Of a DNA stretch of 64,000 nt, positions 38,077 to 47,293 are shown piece after piece. The notes under the pieces were generated by a model that saw only the letters and a list, made by a program, of their open reading frames with translations, was not told the DNA's origin and ran no database searches. A program made the translations under genes and the position numbers. Origin of the DNA: a virus; the IMG/VR virus record IMGVR_UViG_3300032132_000754, positions 104,117 to 168,116 of that record. One strand, given 5' to 3'. The first letter of the stretch is position 1, and the number at the start of each line of letters is the position of its first letter.

Positions 38077-38323
38077 TATTTCCCTTTTCTACTTTAATGA
38101 ATTTGTCTTGGCCTTGCAAGACTCGATCAGAATAGTATTGAAATTCCCTGAAATTATTAAAACGACGGATTAGGCGATCGCCATCCATCAATTTATATTG
38201 GCCAAGGGCTCGTTCAGATTCTTGGGTACGTAAAAGAGTTAACCTAGATAGGGATTCAGCTGGGACACCAGACTTGGAACCAAGTTTGGTACTATTCTTA
38301 GCCGTTACTACTTTCAGGTTCAT
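38057..38323 (-). CDS. Hypothetical protein
   Basis: MNLKVVTAK..; in operon. Confidence 0.55.
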   Translation of the reverse strand: MNLKVVTAKNSTKLGSKSGVPAESLSRLTLLRTQESERALGQYKLMDGDRLIRRFNNFREFQYYSDRVLQGQDKFIKVEKGNNVSDPC

Positions 38324-38753
38324 CTTTTTGGATCGACATCTTTCCATGCTGCATTAGAACTTCAACTTGGCGCTTACGCACACCAGTCAATTTATCTAAC
38401 GCACTCTTTTTATTTTTGGATCCTGCCTTCTTTACAACACTAGGATTAGCTTCAGTTCCTGTGATGACACAAGTAAAATCTTCCTTAATAAAAAGACCTT
38501 CCTTCAAAAGTTCCAAAGCTCGACCAGGGTTAACCGGCCCAGGCCAGAATGCAACCTGCTTAGATAACGGTGAGAACCGGCCAGCAGAAAGGTAAGTCGA
38601 ACGGTTCTCTAGATAACCGCCGCGACCAGGCACAGAAGGCAATTCGTTTCGATGCCGAACAACAACCAACCTCTCATCTCGCAAGACGAAGAATTCTTTT
38701 GAATCGGGATCGTTTAATAGTGAATCGGGTGAAGTAATGTCAGTTTCGCTCAT
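38298..38753 (-). CDS. Hypothetical protein
   Basis: AGGAG SD. Confidence 0.7.
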   Translation of the reverse strand: MSETDITSPDSLLNDPDSKEFFVLRDERLVVVRHRNELPSVPGRGGYLENRSTYLSAGRFSPLSKQVAFWPGPVNPGRALELLKEGLFIKEDFTCVITGTEANPSVVKKAGSKNKKSALDKLTGVRKRQVEVLMQHGKMSIQKDEPESSNG

Positions 38754-38777
38754 AGTTGCTCCTACGAGGTTATTTAC

Positions 38778-39173
38778 TTAGGACCCATCGCGCTCTGGTA
38801 TAATGCGATGGCAGCTAGCAGTCTGAACAGCATGCTTAACATTTAAGCCCCTACGAATAAGCATGATCTCAGAATTGCGCAAAACAGGGTCGTCAAAACC
38901 GATGAGACGTCCGTTTTTATATGGCAGGTGAGTGCTAAAACTAGTGCTAGTCAGCCCAAAAGCTTGACGTACAGTTGAAACCCTAGATGGATTATAAGCT
39001 TGTTTTTGGATATTAGAACGTTGATGCGGTGTTCCAGTAGTGTCCCGATGAATAGTATTTAATGCAGCTACGCCAATTGTCGATGCTACGTCGAAATGAT
39101 TAGTTTGCTTTTTCTCTGAAGCAGCCAGGTTATTGACCACAGTAACTATAACGTAATCATTCAATCCAAACAT
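38778..39173 (-). CDS. Hypothetical protein
   Basis: Preceded by CAAAGATA-GAAC-ATG. Confidence 0.65.
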   Translation of the reverse strand: MFGLNDYVIVTVVNNLAASEKKQTNHFDVASTIGVAALNTIHRDTTGTPHQRSNIQKQAYNPSRVSTVRQAFGLTSTSFSTHLPYKNGRLIGFDDPVLRNSEIMLIRRGLNVKHAVQTASCHRIIPERDGS

Positions 39174-39177
39174 GTTC

Positions 39178-39199
39178 TATCTTTGATGGCACAAAAATA
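39178..39199. promoter_or_regulatory. Divergent pair of class L motifs
   Basis: CAAAGATA (-) at 39178-39185 and CAAAAATA (+) at 39192-39199. Confidence 0.55.
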
Positions 39200-39216
39200 C
39201 GATACTGGAAAACCGC

Positions 39217-40299
39217 ATGGATTTAAACGAAGAGCTTCTAAAAGACATTATGGAACGCCAAGAGAGTAACTGGGCTAAACGGGACTCTAAAGACGGTAAA
39301 AAACAAGTAAGCCAGGAATACTCGGCCCATAAAAAACGGCGAAATGCAACTGGAGCCGCGCGAGAGCAGAACAAGCGAGTTCGAGGCACAGAAAAAGGCC
39401 ACAAACAAGCCGCAGCCCGTGATAAAGTTCGCCGAGCTAAAGAACAAGGCGAGATTAAACAACCTAAAACTTGTCCAAAATGCGGCACTGCTACTAGCGA
39501 TATGATTTTCGACCACGATAAGAGCTATGAAAAATCAGATCAACTCGCTGGAAGATTCATGTGTAGGACGTGTCACAATAGAAAGGATAACAACAAACCA
39601 GGAGACAAATCCACTAAAGGAAAGCGTCGCCCTGGCATTATTGGCAAATCCAAAGGCGATACTGAAATCGCTAAGACTAAAGCCGAGGCCGTCAGAAAAG
39701 AAATTTCACCAATCCAAGAAATTATCAACATTATGGATGATGGTTGGGACGTAATGAACGAAGGTTGGGACGAATTAGGAATTGAAGACCCCAATTTGCC
39801 AGGAGACGAGCCACAGGGCGCTGATTGCATGCGATTTAGAGAAGAATTCTTCAAAGAATGGGAAGAATGGGAAGGCCCAGACGCCGAATTCGAAGCCGAA
39901 GAATTTAGTGAAGAACACCATGAACGTTGTAAAGGCTGCCAGACATGGCTTGAAGTCGAAATGAACCAAGTAGAAAAACCTTTTATGGATTGGTTATTCA
40001 ATCGACTAACCGACGATCCAGAAGAGGTAAAGCGCCTAAAACAAAATGTCGAGCGATCCAGACGACGGGAAGCGAAGTCTCAAAATAATAAAGCGCCTGC
40101 CGAGCCCCCAGCAGGTTGGCAAATGGATTGCAACGCCGCGAGAGACATCATCGATCAATTAGATCAAAACAATCCTAAAGAATGGCAGCAAATGGAGCAA
40201 CATACTCGAACGTGCGAAAATTGCACACATTATCTGCATCAAACAGGGCCCTATGAAGGCAAGCTTGGATTCAATCCAGACGATTTAGATTACGATTGA
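39217..40299 (+). CDS. HNH-like Zn domain plus two zf-HC2-like (HxxxCxxC) motifs
   Basis: CPKCG..DHD..CRTCH; EEHHERCKGC; MDC..EQHTRTCENC. Confidence 0.65.
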   Translation: MDLNEELLKDIMERQESNWAKRDSKDGKKQVSQEYSAHKKRRNATGAAREQNKRVRGTEKGHKQAAARDKVRRAKEQGEIKQPKTCPKCGTATSDMIFDHDKSYEKSDQLAGRFMCRTCHNRKDNNKPGDKSTKGKRRPGIIGKSKGDTEIAKTKAEAVRKEISPIQEIINIMDDGWDVMNEGWDELGIEDPNLPGDEPQGADCMRFREEFFKEWEEWEGPDAEFEAEEFSEEHHERCKGCQTWLEVEMNQVEKPFMDWLFNRLTDDPEEVKRLKQNVERSRRREAKSQNNKAPAEPPAGWQMDCNAARDIIDQLDQNNPKEWQQMEQHTRTCENCTHYLHQTGPYEGKLGFNPDDLDYD

Positions 40300-40643
40300 T
40301 GCAGATCGTATTTTCGGTACGTAACGATTGCACCATAAACACTATGGGTCAACACTGCGCCGAATTTTTCCCAGGACCATATCATATGGTTATAACAACT
40401 GGCAGCTCGTTCTAGTTTATCATCGACGGATTGTAGGCTACCAGGGCTTGTAACATCTATTACTAAATCACTAGTAAAACGAGATTTAGCAGTCACTATA
40501 GTGTCTTCAAAAAAGAATTCCATAATTTCAAATGGACGCCCAGGGCGATTCATATGCATTACAAAAACTTTATCGTTATTTCGAAAAACTCCGTTAATTT
40601 TATTCTTTAATAAATGCTCGTGAACAAGATCGATTGTATTCAT
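40290..40643 (-). CDS. DPxS-family small protein
   Basis: VIDVTSPGSLQSV; GTATTTAA-N5-ATG upstream (40649-40656). Confidence 0.7.
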   Translation of the reverse strand: MNTIDLVHEHLLKNKINGVFRNNDKVFVMHMNRPGRPFEIMEFFFEDTIVTAKSRFTSDLVIDVTSPGSLQSVDDKLERAASCYNHMIWSWEKFGAVLTHSVYGAIVTYRKYDLHQS

Positions 40644-40662
40644 ACAATTTAAATACTAAACT

Positions 40663-41514
40663 TTATCTAACGTCTGGCAGATCTAAATCTGGAGCGTCGT
40701 AGTCGTCGTCATCATCATAATCGGGATGGTTAGATGAAATATGCGTAGAGCGGTGCACTCTCTGAACCTCCGGAGAATCTGTTTTACGTACTCGACAGGT
40801 AGCACAAATGGTGTCAGTAGTAAGGTAGCTGCCTCCGCCTGCTTTAGCGATGGCTGACAACATTACAACATTTTGTTCTGCACTAACGCCAAAGCAGAAG
40901 ATTCCGATTTTTCCTTTTTTACGATCTGTTCGTGCTTTCTGCAATTTATCGATTAGAATTTTAACTTCTGACGGTTTCTTACCTTGAAAACTTGGATAAG
41001 TATTGTTCCCATCAGAGAAAAGAATAATAGTTAAATCATCACGATGAATATTTAATTCAAATGCTTTTTGGATAGCTGAGCCAATATCAGTATAACTAGT
41101 ACATCTTACTTTATTTAGAAAATCGTTAGCCGATTTCACTGCATTTAAACTGGGAAGCTTTGCCCATCCGGTCGGCGGTGGTTTTGGATCGTCTTTTTCT
41201 TTAAGACCTGCCCAGAAACTCATCTCGTTTAATGTAGATTGAAATGTGAACATGCTAAACATGGCTTCGTCTGTAGGCATATGTAGTATGCCATTTACTT
41301 CGCGCATCGCCACTTTAAAACGGTCATTTCTACCCATTGAAGTAGAACAATCAAATAAGAAAATAATGTTCTTTGTTACACGTTGTTTGGTTCTAACAAC
41401 GTGTGTGATAATTGGTTTAGTTGGTGGTTTAGCCCCTTGCTTGGTATCTTGGCCACCACCTCCGGGGCAAGCAATACCAAATAACAAGGCTAATACTAGA
41501 AAAATCTTCTTCAT
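40663..41514 (-). CDS. vWA-domain lipoprotein
   Basis: Signal peptide with lipobox LFGIAC; MIDAS DCSTSM, T, FSDG. Confidence 0.85.
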   Translation of the reverse strand: MKKIFLVLALLFGIACPGGGGQDTKQGAKPPTKPIITHVVRTKQRVTKNIIFLFDCSTSMGRNDRFKVAMREVNGILHMPTDEAMFSMFTFQSTLNEMSFWAGLKEKDDPKPPPTGWAKLPSLNAVKSANDFLNKVRCTSYTDIGSAIQKAFELNIHRDDLTIILFSDGNNTYPSFQGKKPSEVKILIDKLQKARTDRKKGKIGIFCFGVSAEQNVVMLSAIAKAGGGSYLTTDTICATCRVRKTDSPEVQRVHRSTHISSNHPDYDDDDDYDAPDLDLPDVR

Positions 41515-41523
41515 ATTTGGCGT

Positions 41524-41724
41524 TTATAAAGACCTGTATACATGACCAATATCCTTAATATGCTCAACTTGAACGTCATTATCGATTTCTTTATCTGATA
41601 AGAATTGAACGGTTAAGTTGAACCCGTTGCATTGAATGCTGGCTATGTTCGTACCTTCCGGTAAGTCAAGCCAATCCTCAAGTTGTGTAATCGGAATTGT
41701 GAACGAAGCCCGATTTAGTTCCAT
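41524..41724 (-). CDS. Hypothetical protein
   Basis: Coupled small ORF. Confidence 0.6.
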   Translation of the reverse strand: MELNRASFTIPITQLEDWLDLPEGTNIASIQCNGFNLTVQFLSDKEIDNDVQVEHIKDIGHVYRSL

Positions 41725-42164
41725 TAAATGGCTGCTAATAGAAGAGGTAGAAGGAAACGGGCCCCAGCTGTCCCGATAGCTTTGGCAATTTCTAAAGCTT
41801 GTTCTTTTGCCTTTTCACGGTCTACTTCTTCTTGGGCAACATCGACCGCATCCCTAAGCATACCATCGATGAGGTCATCCGCCGAAGAAGCCCCAGATCT
41901 AATAAATTCTAACTGGGCTTCATGCGTATCGCCACGGGCTACGTGAGAAACGAATAATGTTAAACCTTTGCCGCCTAGCAACACTAGACTAGATTTATGG
42001 CTCTTTACAATATCTAGAGCTTGTGTTGCTCCTTGTTTAAGAAATTCGTCATCGGTTTTATCAATTAATCTGCCTAACTCGCCAGCTAAGTCATCAAACC
42101 ATTCATCGCTATTGTCGTCATATTGACCTTGCAATGCGTCAAGTGCTTGTCTAAATAATGACAT
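41724..42164 (-). CDS. Helical protein with hydrophobic C-terminus
   Basis: ARFLLPLLLAAI C-terminus. Confidence 0.65.
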   Translation of the reverse strand: MSLFRQALDALQGQYDDNSDEWFDDLAGELGRLIDKTDDEFLKQGATQALDIVKSHKSSLVLLGGKGLTLFVSHVARGDTHEAQLEFIRSGASSADDLIDGMLRDAVDVAQEEVDREKAKEQALEIAKAIGTAGARFLLPLLLAAI

Positions 42165-42442
42165 CAGTTACCCTCTGGATCTAGACCTAATTCTACTAGA
42201 ACTAGTTTCACGTCAGCAGGCGGTTCATTACCATTGACATTCCATTCGAATGCCCAAAACGCGACTCGTGAAGCATGGATATACCTACGATCTTGCTCTG
42301 GAGTAGTTTCACCGCTCTCCATCAAGTTGACATATTGGTCGGCACGCGCGGCGTTGCGACTAGCAACATCTCTAACTTTTTGAGAGACACATCCGGTCGT
42401 AAAAACTAAAGCCAATAACGTTGTGTACAGTAATTTTTTCAT
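42164..42442 (-). CDS. Small lipoprotein
   Basis: MKKLLYTTLLALVFTTGC lipobox. Confidence 0.75.
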   Translation of the reverse strand: MKKLLYTTLLALVFTTGCVSQKVRDVASRNAARADQYVNLMESGETTPEQDRRYIHASRVAFWAFEWNVNGNEPPADVKLVLVELGLDPEGN

Positions 42443-42444
42443 CT

Positions 42445-42738
42445 TTACTCCTTGTTGAGAGCGTAACGCCCTTTAGATGCATCAGCAATTACATCAATAA
42501 ATACTGATAACAAATCATTTTCTATCCTAATTGAGTTTTGCTTTGCGATACCCAAAATAACGTCCATCACAGCTTTCTTCTTTTCAGGACCACCCTCTAC
42601 GTCATATGCTTTAGCTCTTACTTCAGCAGATTCCATAATTTGTGGCAGCAAGATGAATAAATCGGTTGGGTCGCACAAATCATATAGCTTACTAAGCTTC
42701 TTTACCGTTTCTGCCAATTTTTCTGGTTTGTAGATCAT
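42445..42738 (-). CDS. Hypothetical helical protein
   Basis: GPEKKKAVM..FIDVIADASKG; ATGA-coupled start. Confidence 0.6.
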   Translation of the reverse strand: MIYKPEKLAETVKKLSKLYDLCDPTDLFILLPQIMESAEVRAKAYDVEGGPEKKKAVMDVILGIAKQNSIRIENDLLSVFIDVIADASKGRYALNKE

Positions 42739-43472
42739 TTTGTGTGTAGCTTTACTTTCCAAACACAATCGATGTGATCGGCCACTGGAACGCACGGAAC
42801 ACCAGCCTTGTAGACTGCATGGTCGTTACCTCCTGGCTCTAAAGCATCGCCGAAAAATAAGATATCTTCTCTTTTGCAATGAAGATATTTTTCGATCATC
42901 TCTACGGCGAACCCTTTGTCCATGCCCCTGCGAGTAACATCAATACTAGTGGTACCGCCTAACCGGACATCGAAGTCAGGCAATAGAGGCCGCATGATAT
43001 CAAGTATTTCATGGCGGCGGCTACGCGTAGGGTCCCAGCCCTTTTTTAATTCGTACGGAGCTTCTTGGCCTAGCGCACTAAAAGTGACTTGAGAACCTCG
43101 TTCTTCTAAGACATCTCCAAAGGTTGTAGGTTCGTAATAACCGGTTTGTACAAACGCTTCATTAAAAACACGGAAAATGACGCTGACTTCATCGTCTTCT
43201 AAATCATTCTTATAGACATTTTTAAGGTCGCCGTTTTCACCAACAGTGTAATAAGATGTTCCACTAGTGGGGAATAAATGTAAGCGTTCGAACCCATCAC
43301 AAGTTGGGATCAGAGGTCCAATTAGTTGTTCTTTAAATTGTTCAATCTTTCCGCCGCTGATAACACAGACTCTGTTTGAGAACAATAGTTTAACAAGTAG
43401 AGATTTCATTTGTTCGTCGATTGGACTCTTGCTTTGGGCTAGCGTGCCATCTAAATCGAATGCTAAAATCAT
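42735..43472 (-). CDS. HAD-IIB hydrolase, eukaryote-type phosphomannomutase-like
   Basis: FDLDGTLA, ISGG, EERGSQVTFSALG, GGTTSIDV, DKG, FFGD...GGND. Confidence 0.85.
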   Translation of the reverse strand: MILAFDLDGTLAQSKSPIDEQMKSLLVKLLFSNRVCVISGGKIEQFKEQLIGPLIPTCDGFERLHLFPTSGTSYYTVGENGDLKNVYKNDLEDDEVSVIFRVFNEAFVQTGYYEPTTFGDVLEERGSQVTFSALGQEAPYELKKGWDPTRSRRHEILDIMRPLLPDFDVRLGGTTSIDVTRRGMDKGFAVEMIEKYLHCKREDILFFGDALEPGGNDHAVYKAGVPCVPVADHIDCVWKVKLHTK

Positions 43473-43930
43473 TTGGCTCCTTCTAGACGATAGACGGTGA
43501 TATTCCCGTCTATTCTCTCAGAGAATGCTTTAATTTCTTTTAAATACCGAACCCAATCACCGCCAGCCGCCCCGCAACCGATACGCCACGGGAAAGCGAA
43601 GTCACCTTCAAGTTGTTCCAATTGTTCTAAACATTCTTGGAAATAATGAAGCCTAGCTTCGCCGCCATCTTTTCTAGAATTAGGAAATCGGCTAAAACCA
43701 GGGTAATATTGTCCGAACAAGGCAACAACCATGCGTTGGTCACCTGTTCCTGTAAGGCTTACTGTACCAGGGACGTCATGAATTTTCCTATCCGTATAAA
43801 CGTCAGAATACGGATACTTGTTAAAAACAGCTTTGGCTAAATGTGCCGACCTGGTCGTGACACAATTACACTGATGACATAAAAAAGTTTCCGTAGATTC
43901 GAAAAGATCGCCAGTAATAATTTTAAGCAT
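43469..43930 (-). CDS. Macro-domain (ADP-ribose hydrolase/binding) protein
   Basis: IITGDLF, HQCNC, LFGQY.PG, FPWRIGCGAAGGDW. Confidence 0.85.
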   Translation of the reverse strand: MLKIITGDLFESTETFLCHQCNCVTTRSAHLAKAVFNKYPYSDVYTDRKIHDVPGTVSLTGTGDQRMVVALFGQYYPGFSRFPNSRKDGGEARLHYFQECLEQLEQLEGDFAFPWRIGCGAAGGDWVRYLKEIKAFSERIDGNITVYRLEGAK

Positions 43931-44486
43931 CGCAGTACATCGCATCCGTTCTTAGAACATATTTAACACCCCAAAGCACCGGATCGCCTTGATGGAGGAC
44001 AGGATGGTCGAAGATTAGCATCTTACCGGCTTTTGGTTTAACAATTTCGTCAATTTCATCGAACCTAGTCGCTCCGCCTTGAACGTCATCATTTAAGTAG
44101 ATGAGAACAGTTAGATAACTCTGTTCTTGAGGGCTACGATGGTAAGCTCCATCGTAGTGCCATTTGAAGTATTGGCCAGTAACATATTTGTAATATCGGA
44201 ACCGCTCATTTAATCCACTGAATTTTCTGCCGCATCGTTCATTTGGAATATATTGTCTAATTTTTTCTAATAATAAATCAGCGCGTTCTTTGTTGTCTTC
44301 GATTACTCTAGTGTTATTTCGAACATCTGAATTTTTTATCATCCCCTTTTTGGTGGTGATAGTGGCCTCTTTAGGCCCATTAGCTTCAATAAATTCAATG
44401 AGTTCTTCACACTCTTCAACAGTAAGAACGTTTTCGACAGTGTAAATCTGGACACCAATAGGGTCTTCGTAAATCATATGCTTCAT
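43923..44486 (-). CDS. Prolyl-4-hydroxylase-like 2OG-Fe(II) oxygenase
   Basis: LNERFRYYKY..FKWHYD, LIYLND..GGATRF, LHQG..KYVLRTD. Confidence 0.9.
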   Translation of the reverse strand: MKHMIYEDPIGVQIYTVENVLTVEECEELIEFIEANGPKEATITTKKGMIKNSDVRNNTRVIEDNKERADLLLEKIRQYIPNERCGRKFSGLNERFRYYKYVTGQYFKWHYDGAYHRSPQEQSYLTVLIYLNDDVQGGATRFDEIDEIVKPKAGKMLIFDHPVLHQGDPVLWGVKYVLRTDAMYCDA

Positions 44487-44501
44487 AATAATATATACAG
44501 A

Positions 44502-44624
44502 TTATCGTTCTAACCACCAGCAATGAGGGCAACCGCGTTTAAAGAAAAAGTTGTGAAACCACTGAGGAAGATATCCTCCTGGGCGCAATTTAAATATGCA
44601 GCAGTCGTAGTGCCCAACGTCCAT
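44502..44624 (-). CDS. 40-aa Cys/aromatic-rich peptide (absent from ORF track)
   Basis: MDVGHYDCCIFKLRPGGYLPQWFHNFFFKRGCPHCWWLER; preceded by GTATCTGA-N5-ATG just after a hairpin. Confidence 0.55.
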   Translation of the reverse strand: MDVGHYDCCIFKLRPGGYLPQWFHNFFFKRGCPHCWWLER

Positions 44625-44640
44625 AATGTTCAGATACGGC

Positions 44641-44668
44641 AATACCCACCTGGAGGAAGGTGGGTATT
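44641..44668 (-). terminator. 11-bp hairpin downstream of 44689-45366 gene
   Basis: AATACCCACCT / AGGTGGGTATT with 6-nt loop. Confidence 0.7.
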
Positions 44669-44688
44669 TGGGGCGAGAAGATTAGATA

Positions 44689-45366
44689 TTAGGGACGTGC
44701 AGCAGTAACACGGTAGGTGACGCGGAGAATATCGCCACCGCCAACTACTTGGTCTCCACCAGTGAACAAAGCATGAGCCCAAAGAAGCGGGGTAGCACTA
44801 GTGCTCCCCTTGAGATTAGCCTCGGTCGCACCGACAGAACCTGGAGCACCCAGGACACCCATTACTAAGAAAGAACCGGCAACGGTACCAGCGCCAGAAA
44901 TATCAAAGTCAAGGAGGGAAGGGTTAACAAGTTGTTGGGAAGCTGCAGGGCCTGGATCGACAACGCCAGTACCAGCCGTGTTGCCAGTGTCAGACCAGAT
45001 AGCACGTGTATCAGTTTGAGCATTGACAGCGTAAGAAGTGAATTCAGTCCAACCAGCATGCGAAGCATGAGTATCAGCATTGGCTAGAGTAGCAGGGCCA
45101 GTAACAAGACCGACGGCGGCTCCGGCGTGGTTTGTTCCAGCGCGGAAGTATTTATCCAGAATATCATCGAGGCCGTCATCGACGACGGCGTTTTTTGCGG
45201 TGTCTTTCCATCGTAAACTGCCATCTGCGCGATAACATGAGAACTCGAAGACTCCAAATGGATTGAAAGTGTTGTTAAGTTGATCCATGGTTTTGTTCCT
45301 TGCCGCCTTAATTAGGATGGCCGATGTCTCGACGCCCAATTTAAATTTGCTCTTCTTTTTAGCCAC
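44689..45366 (-). CDS. Putative virion structural protein
   Basis: [32 protein letters not shown]; GTG start; CAAAAATA at 45388-45395. Confidence 0.7.
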   Translation of the reverse strand: MAKKKSKFKLGVETSAILIKAARNKTMDQLNNTFNPFGVFEFSCYRADGSLRWKDTAKNAVVDDGLDDILDKYFRAGTNHAGAAVGLVTGPATLANADTHASHAGWTEFTSYAVNAQTDTRAIWSDTGNTAGTGVVDPGPAASQQLVNPSLLDFDISGAGTVAGSFLVMGVLGAPGSVGATEANLKGSTSATPLLWAHALFTGGDQVVGGGDILRVTYRVTAARP

Positions 45367-45412
45367 TATAAAGATCCTTGATACAATTATTTTTGATGTA
45401 TGTAATGAACTA

Positions 45413-46240
45413 ATGAAAGCATATTTAGATCTGTTACGTAACGTAATGAATAATGGTGTCCAGCGTGGAGATCGTACAGGCACTGGAACCAAAAGCATCT
45501 TCGGATGCCAGATTAGGTTTAACCTAGAAGATGGGTTTCCATTAGTCACCACCAAGAAAGTTCACTTAAAATCGATCATCCACGAACTGTTATGGTTTAT
45601 AGCTGGAGATACCAACGTCAAGTACCTCCAAGATAACGGAGTTAAAATCTGGAACGAATGGGCTGATGAAAATGGAGACTTAGGACCAGTATATGGGCAT
45701 CAATGGCGAAACTTCGGAACAAACCGAATCTTTACATTCGTTGATCAGAGAAGTGAAAACGACAACGGCGTGGATCAGATGGAACGCCTAATTGATGGAC
45801 TTAAAAAGAATCCGAATAGCAGACGACATATCATGTCTGCTTGGAACCCAGTCGATATCGATCGTATGGCTCTGCCACCATGCCACGTACTAACTCAATT
45901 TTATGTACATGAAGGGAAATTAAGTTGCCAACTTTATCAGCGATCGGCTGACCTCTTATTGGGTGTTCCGTTCAACATCGCAAGTTATGCACTATTGTTA
46001 ACGATGATCGCTCAAGTATGTAACTTGAAACCACATGAGTTTATCCATACCTTCGGCGATGCTCACATCTATAGCAATCACGTGGATCAGGTAAACTTGC
46101 AATTAAGTCGAGAAACCAGAGAACTTCCGACTATGACAGTAAATCCAGATGTTAAATCGATCTTCGACTTTAAATATGAAGATTTCAAATTAACTAATTA
46201 TAAACCGCACCCTAGAATTAGAGCACCAATCGCTGTATGA
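45413..46240 (+). CDS. thyA: Thymidylate synthase
   Basis: [46 protein letters not shown]. Confidence 0.98.
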   Translation: MKAYLDLLRNVMNNGVQRGDRTGTGTKSIFGCQIRFNLEDGFPLVTTKKVHLKSIIHELLWFIAGDTNVKYLQDNGVKIWNEWADENGDLGPVYGHQWRNFGTNRIFTFVDQRSENDNGVDQMERLIDGLKKNPNSRRHIMSAWNPVDIDRMALPPCHVLTQFYVHEGKLSCQLYQRSADLLLGVPFNIASYALLLTMIAQVCNLKPHEFIHTFGDAHIYSNHVDQVNLQLSRETRELPTMTVNPDVKSIFDFKYEDFKLTNYKPHPRIRAPIAV

Positions 46241-46740
46241 ATTTAGAAGCTATCGCCGCCATTTCCAAAAACCGTTGTATCGGAGTTGGTAACGAACTCC
46301 CCTGGCATTATAAGGAAGACATGAAACACTTCCGAAAGATCACCAGAAGTCGAGTAGTTATTATGGGTCGAAAAACATTCGAATCCATTGGTAAACCTCT
46401 TCCGAAACGGATTAATCTTATCTTGACTCGCGATGAGGATTGGGAACCAACAAACGCCGAAGGCCATATGGGCACACACGTTGTCCATTCTAAAGAGGAA
46501 GCATTAGAACTTCTGCCAAAAATTCAAGACACCACTCTTAATCCAATGGTTATTGGTGGTGGAGAAGTTTACAAGCTTTTCCTACCAGAAACTAGCAAAA
46601 TTCATCTAACATTGGTTAAGAAAGAATGCGAAGGCGATACGTTTTTCCCGGAATTGTCAGAAAACGAATGGGAAGTTGAGGAAGCGATAAATTCCCTTAC
46701 TACACCAGAATTGCAATTTCAAACATGGGTCCGCAAATGA
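46237..46740 (+). CDS. folA: Dihydrofolate reductase
   Basis: [36 protein letters not shown]. Confidence 0.97.
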   Translation: MNLEAIAAISKNRCIGVGNELPWHYKEDMKHFRKITRSRVVIMGRKTFESIGKPLPKRINLILTRDEDWEPTNAEGHMGTHVVHSKEEALELLPKIQDTTLNPMVIGGGEVYKLFLPETSKIHLTLVKKECEGDTFFPELSENEWEVEEAINSLTTPELQFQTWVRK

Positions 46741-46970
46741 ACCTGAATAAGAAGCGTGGATTTATTATACGCGGATTCGATTTTCATACTGGAGCAGAGA
46801 CTGCTCCATTTTTCCGAGTTTATAACGAAGATAAGTCGTTCACCGATTATGATATCGCCATCCATGATCTAGAAGTAGAGATCTGTGACCCAAACAATTT
46901 TTACACCATCCGTGAGCGAGAAGGAAAAAGGAAGTATTTAGACTATTCAGATAAGGTCCTCGGAAAATGA
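46737..46970 (+). CDS. Hypothetical protein
   Basis: ATGA-coupled; FFRVY..DY.I. Confidence 0.65.
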   Translation: MNLNKKRGFIIRGFDFHTGAETAPFFRVYNEDKSFTDYDIAIHDLEVEICDPNNFYTIREREGKRKYLDYSDKVLGK

Positions 46971-47293
46971 GTGACGAGATGAATCTTGACGATGTCATAG
47001 AATTTGTTTGCGAGGATCTCGGATTAAAGTACGGCGGCAAGCATTCTAGGGGTTTCACTAGAACGATCGAGTCTGAGCATGGTTTAATTTATCTAAACAT
47101 CTTTAAAACTTCGCTCGATATCACGAGTTTTAGTATGAAAATCCCTGGTTCTAATGTTAAAACTAGGAAGATGGATATTTCTCCGAGTTGGCACGTCGAT
47201 ATTCACGACCCAACATCTCTTGAGAATGTTTCAGATGCCATTAAATCAATTGTGAAATTTTCAAAAGAACAACAACAAGAGCTAATAGTATGA
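46967..47293 (+). CDS. DPxS-family small protein
   Basis: HVDIHDPTSLENVSDAI. Confidence 0.7.
   Translation: MSDEMNLDDVIEFVCEDLGLKYGGKHSRGFTRTIESEHGLIYLNIFKTSLDITSFSMKIPGSNVKTRKMDISPSWHVDIHDPTSLENVSDAIKSIVKFSKEQQQELIV

Noticed and set aside
44523-44708. 61-aa + strand ORF
   Set aside because: It crosses the hairpin and opposes operon polarity; the minus-strand 40-aa ORF has promoter support.
45287-45555. Long antisense overlap of thyA and the structural gene as drawn in the ORF track
   Set aside because: Resolved by starts at 45413 (+) and 45366 (-), with promoter motifs between them.
46737-46970. Additional DPxS-family member (EICDPNNF); also TSPDSL in 38298-38753
   Set aside because: The motif is not followed by the terminal amphipathic helix or is in the wrong position; probably coincidental.
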